In this document: positions 52,050-64,000 of the stretch, in pieces
Position numbering within the stretch: the stretch's first letter is position 1
How the letters are laid out: the number at the start of each line of letters is the position of its first letter
Translations under genes and position numbers: made by a program
NCBI GenBank assembly: GCA_951406725.2
Contig: OX597816.1
Location: forward strand, 69,502,001 to 69,566,000
Source: Octopus vulgaris
Lineage: Eukaryota
Length of the DNA: 64,000 nt
Reading direction: 5' to 3'
Notes under the pieces: model-generated
Seen by the model: only the letters and a program-made list of their open reading frames with translations
The model's database searches: none
Told to the model about the DNA's origin: nothing

Positions 52050-52679
52050 CTGGTATATTTATAGGTTCGAGTCTTGAAACTTCCCACTTCACTTCCTATT
52101 ATACCATTATGTGGTACTTTTGAATTTGCACTTTGGCGGTGAAAAACAACTTTTGTTTGCACTGATTCCAAAGAGACGTAAAATCTCATAATACCGAGAG
52201 TGTAACATAAAAGCTTAACTTTTAAATGGACCAGTGTACCGTTCCTTTAAATCCTGGTTTCTTCCAAGTACGTGTTAGCGTTTGTCGATAAGTCTAGTCA
52301 GGAGGCTGCTATGGATAAGAAGTAAAACTCTGGCACAAACATTTTAAAGACGTTTCATTGAGAAATGGGAAACCAGTTGTTCATTCGGTACGTTAAGACG
52401 TCTCTTTTACTTTTCAATAATTATCTCCAAATGCGACTAATTAAAACAAGACAGAAGACACTAAAGTAGAAAAGAAGTGTTGAAAGAAAAAAAAGAAAGA
52501 AAGAAGGAAAGACAGAAAGATTTACATGAGGCAATGACGGCGACATTGATGTTAATTTGGTCCGCGGTTTCATTTGTGTTGCTGGAAAGTCATTTTTGTT
52601 TCCGGAGTTCGCGTTTCACTCACGGTCTTCGACAATGCATTCCTTCTGAGGATTTCGCAACTTTGTTTATAGTTGTGTT

Positions 52680-53069
52680 GCTGTTGCTGTTGAGCGAAGC
52701 GGTCTTAGTCCCAGAGCTCGCAAGATCGCGCCTCTGTAGTGGGAGAAGTCCGAATCGTGGTCCTTGACTATTCGTAAGACCCGCAGAAGAGAAAGCAGGT
52801 CAACCCCCGACACAGAGAGCATTGACGGATGGATGACTGTGCATACAGACTCAGCGGTTGCGTAGGAAGTCGGGGACAAGAAACAGGAAGAAAGAGTGAG
52901 AGAAAGTTCGGACGAAAGAGTACAACAGGGGTCGCCCCCCTGCCGGTGCCTCGTGGATCTTTAGGTGTTTTCGCTCAATAAACACTCACAACGCCCGGTC
53001 TGGGAATCGAAACCGCAATCCTCCGACCGCGAGTCAGCTGCCCTAACCATTGGGCTATTGCGCCTCCAC
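52680..53069 (-). mobile_element. SINE family C, tail type 3, full length
   Basis: Same head GTGGAGGCGCAATAGCCCAATGGTTAG; tail homologous to 31134-31405. Confidence 0.88.
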
Positions 53070-53293
53070 TTATGGTTGTGTGTTCTAGGGTGATGTCCTG
53101 ATTACTCTAATGTCAGGATTCTGCTAATCGCTACGGTTTTGAATGCTACCCATCATCTACCCTCATAGAGCTATTTTTTGCTAGTCACTGACTATTCTCT
53201 TCACTGTAACAAGCTTGCTATGTGCATAATTCCTGACCGATCCAGTATTGTTTGCAACAGAATGGGTATTAAAGGAATTGTTACACATTGTAA

Positions 53294-53331
<38 letters not shown>

Positions 53332-54739
53332 CTCTTGTAAAACATTAGTGTGAAGGCATGTGGTGTAAAACTAGTGCAGGCTCTAGAGTGTTTGATATAT
53401 CTATTGTTAATTCTTTAAAGTATTTCAGCCTTAAAGCTGCCGTCATGCCTGTACACCACCGTTAGGTGTTTAATATAACATATCTCTTTGAAAATTTCAT
53501 TTGGAAAAGAATGTTGCTAACTTTCGGAAGTGAAGACGTATCAAAGACTCGCATGCAGAAAATGTTATGTCTAAAAAGTTGCTTGTCTCAGCGTTTGTAA
53601 GATTAGAAAATAGTTTAGCACTCAGAAACTGTCATTGTTTATTTGCAACTGTTATTTGAGTTATCTTTTGTCAAAGTACAATAGAAACCATTGAATGACG
53701 ATTCGAAATGGAAACGTAGCAATGACATCGAATGTACTTGCCGAAAACTTTTACACATGAACTACTTTTTCTAATACAAAAGCATTTATGGGACAAGTCG
53801 TCTCAGTAAGGCAGGCGTTTCTAATTGGATTTGAATGTTAAAAGCTTTGAGGACACATCTTCTGGCTATAAAATAGTGCAAAATAAAGAAACATAGTAAT
53901 CTTGTTAAATTACAAATAGAAATCTGATTTATCCAACGTATGTGATCTACTGAACTTCTTGGAATAAGATGAGACAAAATTATTTAAAATATCAAATAAA
54001 CGACTGAAATGAAAATTTCTTTTAACCAATTAGATTATACGGCACTTGTTTTTCTATGTGTCAATTAGTTGTAAAACAGACACATAGACAGTAGTGGGGT
54101 CTCTGTCGGTATCAACGATGAGCATTCATCTCTTCGAAAATGTAATTTCTAATATCAAAATGCAGGTGGTTCAATGTTCTTCAAAACACGTTATTCTTTT
54201 CCTGAGCCCGGCAGCGTATAAGGGCCGAGATTTCAAATTTCCCCCGAACTGAATGTTGCTCGGTTGCAGCGTCCAAGGCTAGAAAATCTGAGAGGATGGG
54301 GCAAGCCACATGTTCGTGAGACCAAACAGGGTCGTGAGACCACCAAGAAACAAGTTAGTTCGTTCGAGGCGGGTTGTAACATTTTCTGTATCTTCATTAA
54401 ATTCACCTAACGCATGTTTAAAAGAAGAATTTTGTTGGTTGATGTATGATCATATCACCCTTTAAGACGTATGGTGTAATGGGAGGAACATGTGGCATTC
54501 TTTTTCTAAGGAAAAGTTACCCATTAAAATATCAGAAAATTGAATATGAAGTGCCATGCATATATACTGAAAACTATAACTCCCTTTCCTTTATTGATTC
54601 AGTTCATTCTGCATTTTGCTCATTGCTTTAAGAATTCTGGTAATTTCCCGTTATTTTGTCTACCATTCCACCGTTATTTTGTCTTCCATATTCCATACTT
54701 TTCGTCAATTAACCCTTCTTGCTTGCATCATGAAAATGC

Positions 54740-55000
54740 CCTGCCTAGCGAGGCATGACACAGCATATATTCAGCTGACCACCCAGGGATATGGCGGGAT
54801 TATTGTGACTGCAGCATGGCGAATTGTAAAGAGGCAGACGAAGAACTCAACAGGGACAATTACATTGATCCCGAGCGGTGGAATCCTTGAAGATGAACGG
54901 TCAGTATCACCAAGCTCTATCAAGTCAGTAACTGAAACGTCTCCATAGGGGTGATGGCGATGGATGTGCAATCAGCTAATGAAGCGTTCTTTATGATTCA
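54740..55000 (+). mobile_element. Possible RTE-like LINE 3' relic
   Basis: ARHDTAYIQLTTQGYGG...KRQTKN loosely resembles the RTE C-terminal RHD..LQG..RGRQ..W motif. Confidence 0.25.
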
Positions 55001-55203
55001 AGCACCAACTTCATATTCATTCCACATATGTATAATAGAGTTGGATGGCAGCAGCGAGACCCTTTGAATCCGTGCAAGCAGCGCGACCGGACTCTCGATT
55101 TTACTCTCCTGTTTACTAACCCTATCAGTTTAATGTTCTTTTGCTAAATGCCTTTACAAAATACCAATGCACTATCTCTATTATTCTAATAATATTTAGG
55201 CAT

Positions 55204-56150
55204 CGAGCTACCAGAAACGTTAGCACGCCGGGCGAAATGCTTAGCGGTATTTCGTCTGCCGCTATGTTCTGAGTTCCAATTCCGCCGAGGTCGACTTTGC
55301 CTTTCATCCTTTCGGGGTCGATTAAATAAGTACCACTTACGCATTGGGATCGATATAATCGACTTAATCTGTTTGTCTGTCCTTGTTTGTTCTCTCTGTG
55401 TTTAGCCCCTTGTGGGTAGTAAAGTAATAGGTATTTCGTCTGCAACTACGTTCTGGGTTCAAATTCTGCCGAGGTCGACTTTGCCTTTCATCATTTTGGG
55501 ATCGATTAAATAAGTACCAGTTACGCACTGAGGTCGATGTAATCGACTTAATCCGTTTGTCTGTCCTTGTTTGTCTCCTCTGTGTTTAGCTCCTTGTGGG
55601 TAGTAAGGAAATAGGTATTTCGTATGCCGTTACGTTCTGAGTTCCGATCCCACCGAGGTCGACTTTGCCTTTCATCCTTTCGGGGTCGATATAATCGACT
55701 TAATCCCTTTATTTGTCCTTGTTCGTCCCCTCTATGGTTAGCCCCTTTTGGGCTATAAAGAAATAATAATAGTTAGCACGGCGGGGGAAATATTTAGCGG
55801 CATTTCGTTCATGTATGCCTCCTAAATTCAAAATTCTCCGAGGTCAACTTTGCATTTTTATCATTTTGCTATCGATAAAATAAATACCAGTAGAACTCTG
55901 GCATCAATATAATCGACTTATACACCTCTCGCGAAATTACTGGCATTGTACCAGAAGTTGAAACCTACATTTGTGATAACACTGGGGCGGTGAGCTTCAG
56001 CTTTACGTTCTGAGATCAAATACAACCTGTATCGACTTCGCCATTCATTTTCACAGGGTCAGAAAACAGGCAGCAGACAAGTACAGATTTCCATGTAATC
56101 GAATAACCCCTCCACCGTCCAAATTTTCAGGTTTTTGGTCACATTAGAAA
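55204..56150 (+). mobile_element. Tandem array of family A SINE units
   Basis: ggtatttcgt(c/a)tgc at about 55246, 55431 and 55614, then two older degenerate units. Confidence 0.88.
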
Positions 56151-56671
56151 GGATTATTGCTAACAATAAAGGATTGATTAATACCCGTATACGCACGGAA
56201 TAAGAGCCCATTTAGTATTACACTTGAACCAATGAACACACATTTATAAGCTCGCTGGATCGACAGGAAAAAGCAATCACATTTTCGACATGGGTATTGC
56301 TAACAAAAATGTCTTGGTCGTTACAGCAACATTATAACACTGGGCAACATTATCATGTAAGTTCAGGGATAAGCCTGACCTAGACTTTACTGAAAACGGC
56401 AAATCGTATGATATGCGTGATTTCCAAATTTTTCATTTAGAATTCTAATCAAAATACCAGTAGTGAACAGAATCTACTAGTTCTATACTTCTGTAATATT
56501 AATCATTGTATATTCGTATTTCTAATACATATACTCATTCTAAAACACAAATGTCTACTTAAACATATTCACATTAATGTAATAGAACGTTTAAGTTGTA
56601 CTATTCGATCAAGTGCGATTTGAATATGCATTTATCTATTTCATTACTATTTAATCTAATCATATTGTATG

Positions 56672-56721
<50 letters not shown>

Positions 56722-56726
56722 GTGTG

Positions 56727-56777
<51 letters not shown>

Positions 56778-56945
56778 ATATGTATATATGTATATACGTA
56801 TATATATATATGTGTGTGTTATTGAAAAAACAGATTATATTAATGCACTTAAACACGCTCACATGATATATATATATGAGTGTGTGTGTGTGCGTGTGTA
56901 TATATATTCATACATACATATATATGCATATGAATGTGTGTGTGA

Positions 56946-56984
<39 letters not shown>

Positions 56985-57408
56985 CATGTATGTATGTCTA
57001 TATGTATATCATAGTTTTCTAATAGTTCGAGTACATTTAAATATTCAGATGAGCTGTGAATATTGAATTAAGTGTATTTCTAAAAGAAATTAAAACTTAT
57101 TTTAATTTTTGTGCTATGTACACACACAAACACACACACACACATACATACACACGCACGCGCACACAGACACGTGTGTGTGTGTGAGAGTATGCGTGTA
57201 TGCGTGTGTATGCATACACATGTATGTGTGTGTGTGTAAATATTTGTGAATCGATATGCCCGGATTGAACTTATATGTTTCTGTGCGTGTGCGTGGTTAG
57301 GTGTGTCCACGTTTGTGTGTGTTTATGTTAAAATTTTTGAATATAGTGAAGCCATACGCGTGCGTGCGTGCATGTGCGGGTAGGTGTTTCACTGTGTGTG
57401 TGTGTGCG

Positions 57409-57452
<44 letters not shown>

Positions 57453-57810
57453 CGTGTGTATGCATATGTGTGTTTTAAACTTGTATGAATTTCTGAGTAT
57501 GAAGAGGAGTATTGAATTCTTTTGTCATATATAAAATATTTTCCTAGAAGGTCGATTCATAAAATTGCATTATTTCACATAAAAATCTCTTCACACCACA
57601 ATGAATTAGAAAAAAAAAGAGTGCTAGATAATTAATTAAATTTCACAGAGTAAAAAAAGATAAAGCAACTGTTTTACAATATCACAAACCATCACAATTT
57701 CTGAAGCTGTTCTACAGACTCAGATGCAAGTAGTCTTATATCATCAACAACATTTTTACATCTATTTTTTTCATGCTGGCATGTGTTAGATGATATACGC
57801 ACTTACATAA

Positions 57811-57865
<55 letters not shown>

Positions 57866-57957
57866 CAAAATAAGCAACAAGGATATCCAAGGTAGAGCAG
57901 TACTTAAGTACCATATTCATCTGAATCTAAATTTTGCTGAACTTATATATATATATA

Positions 57958-58255
57958 TGGAGGTGCAATAGTCCAATGGTTAGGGCAGCGGACTTGCGGT
58001 CATAGGATCGCGGTTTCGATTCCCAGACCGGGCGTTGTGAGTGTTTATTGAGCGAAAACACCTAAAGATCCACGAGGCACCGGCAGGGGGGGAGGGCTGA
58101 TCCTTGCCACAACTTTCTGTCACTCTTTCTTCTGTTGGCCTGCTCGCTTAGCCAGCGGGGTGGTGTCATTTGAAGGCTAAAACAATGCGAAGCGTATTGT
58201 GACCAAAGATGTGTAGACACATCTGATAGCCTGGTCGGTCACGGTGATCACGCTG
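57958..58255 (+). mobile_element. SINE family C, tail type 2
   Basis: TGGAGGTGCAATAGTCCAATGGTTAG...GGTTTCGATTCCC head. Confidence 0.88.
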
Positions 58256-58289
58256 ATATATGGTGGTTGTCTACTCCTTATGTATGTCA

Positions 58290-58418
58290 CTACTGCCCAC
58301 AAGGAGCTAAACACAGAGGGGACAAACGGATTATGTCGATTACATCGACCCCAGGGCGTAACTGGTACTTAATTTATCGACCCCGAAAGGATGAAAGGCA
58401 AAGTCGACCTCGGCGGAG
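58290..58418 (-). mobile_element. 5'-truncated SINE family A
   Basis: ccccgaaaggatgaaaggcaaagtcgacctcggcgga. Confidence 0.85.
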
Positions 58419-58549
58419 ACCACCTCCTGTACGTACTCTTTAGAACCATCATGTAATCTGATGTGGCTTTTAAAAATACAATGTTTTGAAAAGACTCCCA
58501 CATAGATTGCATAACCGATTTGGACCACCAACAGCCGCAGATATATATA

Positions 58550-58765
58550 TGAAGCACATGGCTTAGTAGTTAAGTTGTTGCACTCACGATTGCGAGATCG
58601 TGGGTTCGATTCCCAGATCGAAGGTTTGTTGTGTTCTTGAACAAGGCACTTCATTTCACGTTGCACTGCGATCATTACGTCATCTGACACGTGGCAAACG
58701 ATGCACCTGTGCAGGCAATGTCGATTTGATGGAAGGAGTGAGCGTATGTGTACAGAAACATGTGA
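58550..58765 (+). mobile_element. SINE related to family D (same head/core, different tail)
   Basis: TGGCTTAGTAG, GGGTTCGATTCCC, ttgtgttcttgaacaaggcactt. Confidence 0.7.
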
Positions 58766-59139
58766 TAAATTTATTTTAAATTAGCCACAGGGGCTGTACA
58801 TAGAGGGGACGATAACAAGGCAACAAAAAGTGGGGATCCAAGACATAAGGTATGGGAGATACGTGCTATCTTCTGAATCAAATTTTTCAACTTTTTCAAA
58901 TCTTCAACATTTATTTGTAGCTGCTCTTGTACTCTTGCTACAGATGCGAAACCGTGACTATTAGGTTCGGTAACTCTTTCTTCGAGATTTACGGTTGTTT
59001 TCTTGGTTGAGGTAGCGTTGGAAAATGTCCGTGTGCTTTCGATTGCAAGACTTTCGTTTCCCACCTCCTTTTCGTAATGCAGGAGGGGAGGAAAATTTAC
59101 TTCGTATATATCAGTTTGCGGGTGCGTAGCCCACTTCAT

Positions 59140-59775
59140 GACTGGAGGTCATGTTTGAAAAATGAAAAACAAATATGTGCTAAGACAATCCATTAGGAAA
59201 TTAAAATTTGCTTCATGAAGGGGAATGTATTTAGTCAAACATCCTGTCAACATCATCGTGTTTGGAATGATCACTAGTGATGGCAACGTTATGACTCCAT
59301 TCATATTCCCACAAGGCCTCACACTCAACACGGAGACCTATATCTAGTGCGTGAATAAGGTAGTACTGCTGGGAGAACTATGTCTGACAACAGGACTCTG
59401 CGCCATACCACACAAGCAGCAGAACCCAGTCATGGCTGTCAGACAATTTCTGCGACCACATACCTCTAAAATCTGGCCATCTGACTCATGAGACTGCAAC
59501 CCCTTGATTATTAAGTGTGTAGCGCAGTTGATTGAGAGACCAATAATATTTTGTGTATCGCCAAAGGATTATGGCTGCATTCACCAACATAAACTAGGAG
59601 ACCATCCAGAAGAGTTGCAGGAGATTCGGAAATCGCCTGAAGGCCGTGGTTGAAGGCAGTGGCGATTTTTTTTTCGAATAAGTTTACTCTGTATCATTTC
59701 AAGATATTTTTACGTAATATTGGTAAATATATGTTAAATCCGAACATTAGACGACAATTTATTTACGGCACCCTG
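59140..59775 (+). pseudogene. DD37D (maT-like) transposon 3' remnant with right end
   Basis: KHPVNIIVFGMITSDGNVMTPFIFPQGL, QQDSAPYH, DCNPLDY; ends in a CACCCTG-type terminus. Confidence 0.82.
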
Positions 59776-59780
59776 CATGC

Positions 59781-59841
<61 letters not shown>

Positions 59842-60765
59842 AGTGTGTGTGTGTGTATGTATATGTATATGTATACATGCATATACATATACATATGTAT
59901 GTGTGTGTATGTATAAATATATATGGACACACACACACACATATATATATATATACATACATACATATTTACGTTACTTACACATGTACAAACACATTGA
60001 CACACAAACGCACAGACACATATATTCTATGCATATATTTCTGTATGCAAAGCATCTAGTTTTTATGTGGTTACGTGAGCGTATGATATTGTTTGGTATA
60101 AACGTATAGTATATTCTTTTGAAAAGTGTTTGATCAGAGAATATACTTTGCTCAAGTTCTGCCTGTGATTTTATTTTACAGCTTTAACTGATAACATCTT
60201 TGTATGAGTCACTCATGTACGTATAAATATTACATATTCCATAAAATGTATACGTACATACTTATAAACCCAAACGCTCACGAATATATACACACGCACA
60301 CACACTCACACAAACACACACGCGCACACTCACACACATGCACACATACGTATACATATTCTTTTATTCGCTTCAGAAAACTGTGGCCATTCTGGGCTAC
60401 CGCCAAACTTATCACTTTTTCAATGGTCATTTGCTTGCGTATGGCTCTTGGTCAAAGAGAGACTTTGATATTGTTGATTGTTGCCCTGTTGCAGTTTTAT
60501 CCGTGACCTTGGACCGTAGGATACCAAGTTGTTTCTTAAACACACCCATCACTATCTCCTGTAAATTTCGCAAAATTTTGTGGCAACATATTAATTAGGT
60601 GTGGGCCTTTGAATCCCATGCTGTTGCAGTACCTGACCCTTACTTTAGGGGGATGGCTGGGAATAATATAGTGATGTCCTTTTCCAGAGCTGATATAATA
60701 TTGTTGTGGAAGTTTGGGGTTAACCTAAGATATCCCAAGGTTCAATACTATATATATGTGTTTGC

Positions 60766-60796
<31 letters not shown>

Positions 60797-60829
60797 TATA
60801 CATACTTACATACATATATACATATACCA

Positions 60830-62040
60830 CTGCATATCCCTGTTCTGCCTCACCTCCAGGAAACAGAGTCATAATCCTTTGAATCTCTCCCAGTAGCCCA
60901 GCTGTTTTATTGATGCAATCTTCCAAGTGCAGTAACTCTGAACTGCTTCAAATTCTGGTATTTATGTGACACAGTGGAAACGGCTACCCTAGAACGACCT
61001 TAGTTTCCTGGTCCCTTGTTCTGAATGTTCTGAATGTTCTCACTTGCACATTGGCAACTTCGTGGCAATATGTAACTGAAAGGCGTCGTTGCTTATATCA
61101 GTCACCACATCACACACTACACTTCACTCTGAGATTGACGCTCAAATTGGCCCCAAATCAAGCTAGCTCAAGATGGCTGATAGCGTAGGGCTTGTAATGT
61201 CCATGCATTAAATTTCATGTAATTTTCTTCAGACAATCTATTTATAGATTCTAGGTCTTTCTCTACAAGATTAGCTTCGAACGATTCCTTGAGGGCTTGT
61301 ACAACTGCTGTGTAATTGGCATGTATAATATGACCGAGAGAGCTAGGAGTTACGATAAACAGTAGCGGGCCCAAGACAGTTTACTGAAGCACTCAACTCA
61401 CTATTACTGTATCCTTGGAGAGGGCCCTATTGGATGCCTCATTCTTGCTTCTGACGTTTATGAAATCATCTAATCACATTCCCAGTTTTCTGACTATGCC
61501 AAGTCTCCGTAGCTTGAGACATATCATTCTGATATTAGCCCAATCAGATGACCTTGCTAAATCATATCCATGTTGCATTCTTTAGTTGTTTCAACACCCA
61601 GCGATAATGTTGTGCAAACAGCTACTTCATAAACGAAGGCCATGCAGGGTATCAAGGAGCAATTCATAACCATCTAGAAATGTCATCTGCTTCCTCCTGA
61701 AAATGCTTCCATGACTTTGCTTACATGTGAGGTTAGACAAGCAGGTCTGCAATTTTTATCATCCGCTCTGCTACTTTCATTATGCATAGGAGATATTATG
61801 ATCTTAAATTTCTGGGAAGTCTCTCATTTGTAATGAAACTTTGGGAGAGACACTGTACTGGTTTTACCAAGACCCCCTTTGCATTTCTTTAGGTGGATTG
61901 CTGAAAATCCATCACAATCTGTGACTAAGTTCAAGCACATTTCCTCAACGGATACTATTACACCAGATTCCTCTGTGTGGAGCTGTAGAGCCGAAGAACT
62001 TATCAAGCAGTACTATGAAAACACTTTTGTATAGTGCATT
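60830..62040 (-). pseudogene. Degenerate CR1-group LINE reverse transcriptase fragment
   Basis: Minus frames: TVLGPLLFIV, DLESINRLSEENYMKFNA, RPACLTSHVSKVME-like motif; many lesions. Confidence 0.7.
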
Positions 62041-62117
62041 AGTTTTATTGCGCATTCAGTATTTCGGTGGCAAATCGGAAACGGCTTCCCTGCTTTAATT
62101 CCTCGGGAGCAGGGTTA

Positions 62118-62140
62118 TAATAATATTATTAATAATGATA

Positions 62141-62197
<57 letters not shown>

Positions 62198-62220
62198 TAA
62201 TAATAATAATGATATTATAA

Positions 62221-62314
<94 letters not shown>
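62118..62314. repeat. (AAT)n immediately followed by (ATT)n
   Basis: Directly visible; strand switch at about 62220. Confidence 0.97.
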
Positions 62315-63247
62315 CGTATTACCAGTATAGAATAAGTGAAATGCAAAATCTCATTCTCTTTCCATTACTTGTATAATTTTTGTAAAGGTCTCGAAACTAT
62401 GACCTTTAGGAATAGACACAATGTATATATTTTCTTTCTTAATGGAATTATTCTCCTAAATGTGACTGACACCTAAAATTGAGGCAGTGAACTATATACT
62501 TCACAAATGAAACGAAGAAAAGCATATGATAAAGATAATCAGCTTAATGACACCCATGATGGCACACATAACATATAGATAATATAAACTATAAGGAATG
62601 GTCCGCCCACGGCCAAAAAGCAGGGAAAATATATAAAGAATAATAACAGAAGGAAATATATTATTCTATTGAAAACAAAATTGTATGACAGTAGTAATTG
62701 AATTACTACAGGTAATGTTGACTTTTGCAAAGGTCTCCCAATTATTGAAAAAGGGTTTTCGCAAACGTGAACATAATGTATGTGTACTTTATACATACAT
62801 CTTCTCATATATGTATACCTGCATATGTGTGTGCGCGTGCGATTGTGTCTGTCTATTTATCGTTTATTTTTATGTATGTGTGCTTGTGTGAGTGTGTGTG
62901 TGTGTGTGTACTGTTCTGTGTGTGTGTATGTATGTGTGTATAGAGTGCAGTCTATCTACAGCTCTGTGTTTGCATATGTGAGTCTGTGGATGCGCAGATT
63001 CACTTAATCACGGTCTCTAAAATAGATCTTTGATGATATTATATCTCGTGTCATATCTTTATTCTATTATCTCCATATTTGTGCCCAACCATTCTCCATT
63101 ATCTACAACTCTACAGCCTAATACCCTGTTTATCTAAAAATTGCCAAGTCATCTGTTAAAATAAACAAAATAAGCTTACATCATTCTGTGACAGTGTTAC
63201 GATTGAAAACTGCCACATATATTCGCTAAGACTTAATTTTATTTAAA

Positions 63248-63420
63248 TACTAGCAGAGTTACCCGGCGTTGTCCTTGTTACATACAATTGAAGAATTAGA
63301 ATTTTCTGTTATATTTTCTCTAATGAACATGAATATCTACGTTTCGAATTCCATCAAAATTGCAGATGAGGGTTATTTCCTTCTTTACACACCCCCAAAT
63401 AATTGTAATCGTGCCACATG
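63248..63420 (+). mobile_element. Possible Helitron/Helentron-like terminus
   Basis: tactagcagagttacccggcgttgtcc and gaattccatcaaaattg resemble non-autonomous rolling-circle elements. Recognition only. Confidence 0.35.
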
Positions 63421-64000
63421 TATCCCATACTACTGATTTTTATGCACAGATTCCAAAATGTCAGTCTTACTGAACCTGTTAAAAATATTTTGCTCCTGAA
63501 AACTGTTGGTCATGGAGCTCTAAAATGTGAGAGTTAAGGCTCCTGTTAGGGGTGGGCATCTTAATGTCAACCAGAGAAGTTGAATTGTTGAGAATCTTTT
63601 TAACCGCTTATATCTATTGTTTGAATTTCTTTGAAATAGGAAATATATGTTCACTGGGTTTGTAAAAGAGAGCAAAGCTACAGGAAACCAAAAGACGAAT
63701 GATCACAATAAGCAGTCAGTTACCCTACCCTAGTCGTTATCACTCCCAATGTAGGATTCCTCACCATCCAGGTGACAGGCACAGCCGTAAGATGCATTAC
63801 GAATCTATAGTAATTGGAAGGGCGTGACCCAACTGAAATAAATATTAACAACTGTGTGACGTGAGGGCTAAGGAGAAATGAAAGCGTCACCACTGGAGTT
63901 TGCAAGTGACCACTATACTGATACGTAACTGGACAGAATAAATTTACAATCTATAAATGTCTCTGAATTACCAGTCACTCATCTGGGAAGGCCTTGAAAT

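Noticed and set aside
58771-59139. 122-aa minus-strand ORF with normal composition
   Set aside because: No recognisable motif or clear splice sites; lies between TE remnants and may be a retroelement ORF1 relic, but this is unsupported.

Overview
AT-rich, microsatellite-dense eukaryotic DNA, apparently intergenic or intronic. The repeat repertoire resembles a cephalopod/octopus-type genome; that is an inference from recognising SINE-like families, not a database hit. I can support no intact host gene. Most ORF-track entries are translations of (TA)n/(CA)n/(CATA)n. The window is a nested collection of mobile DNA: a Penelope-like (PLE) GIY-YIG fragment, a full-length but broken mariner plus a deleted derivative, Tc1 and DD37D-type remnants, L1/Tx1-like and CR1-group LINE remnants, and about 25 tRNA-derived SINEs in four families. 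The strongest signal no ORF explains is RNA structure. At least 8 dispersed minimal hammerhead-ribozyme (HHR) motifs sit in short non-coding modules, most bordered by (TA)n tracts, and one (46967-47057) has a canonical core. A 3.6-copy, near-identical 837-bp non-coding tandem array (retrozyme-like) carries a circularly permuted HHR-like motif in each unit. Long fold-back hairpins occur at several PLE-type insertions. All folds were read by eye, and boundaries of degenerate elements are approximate.
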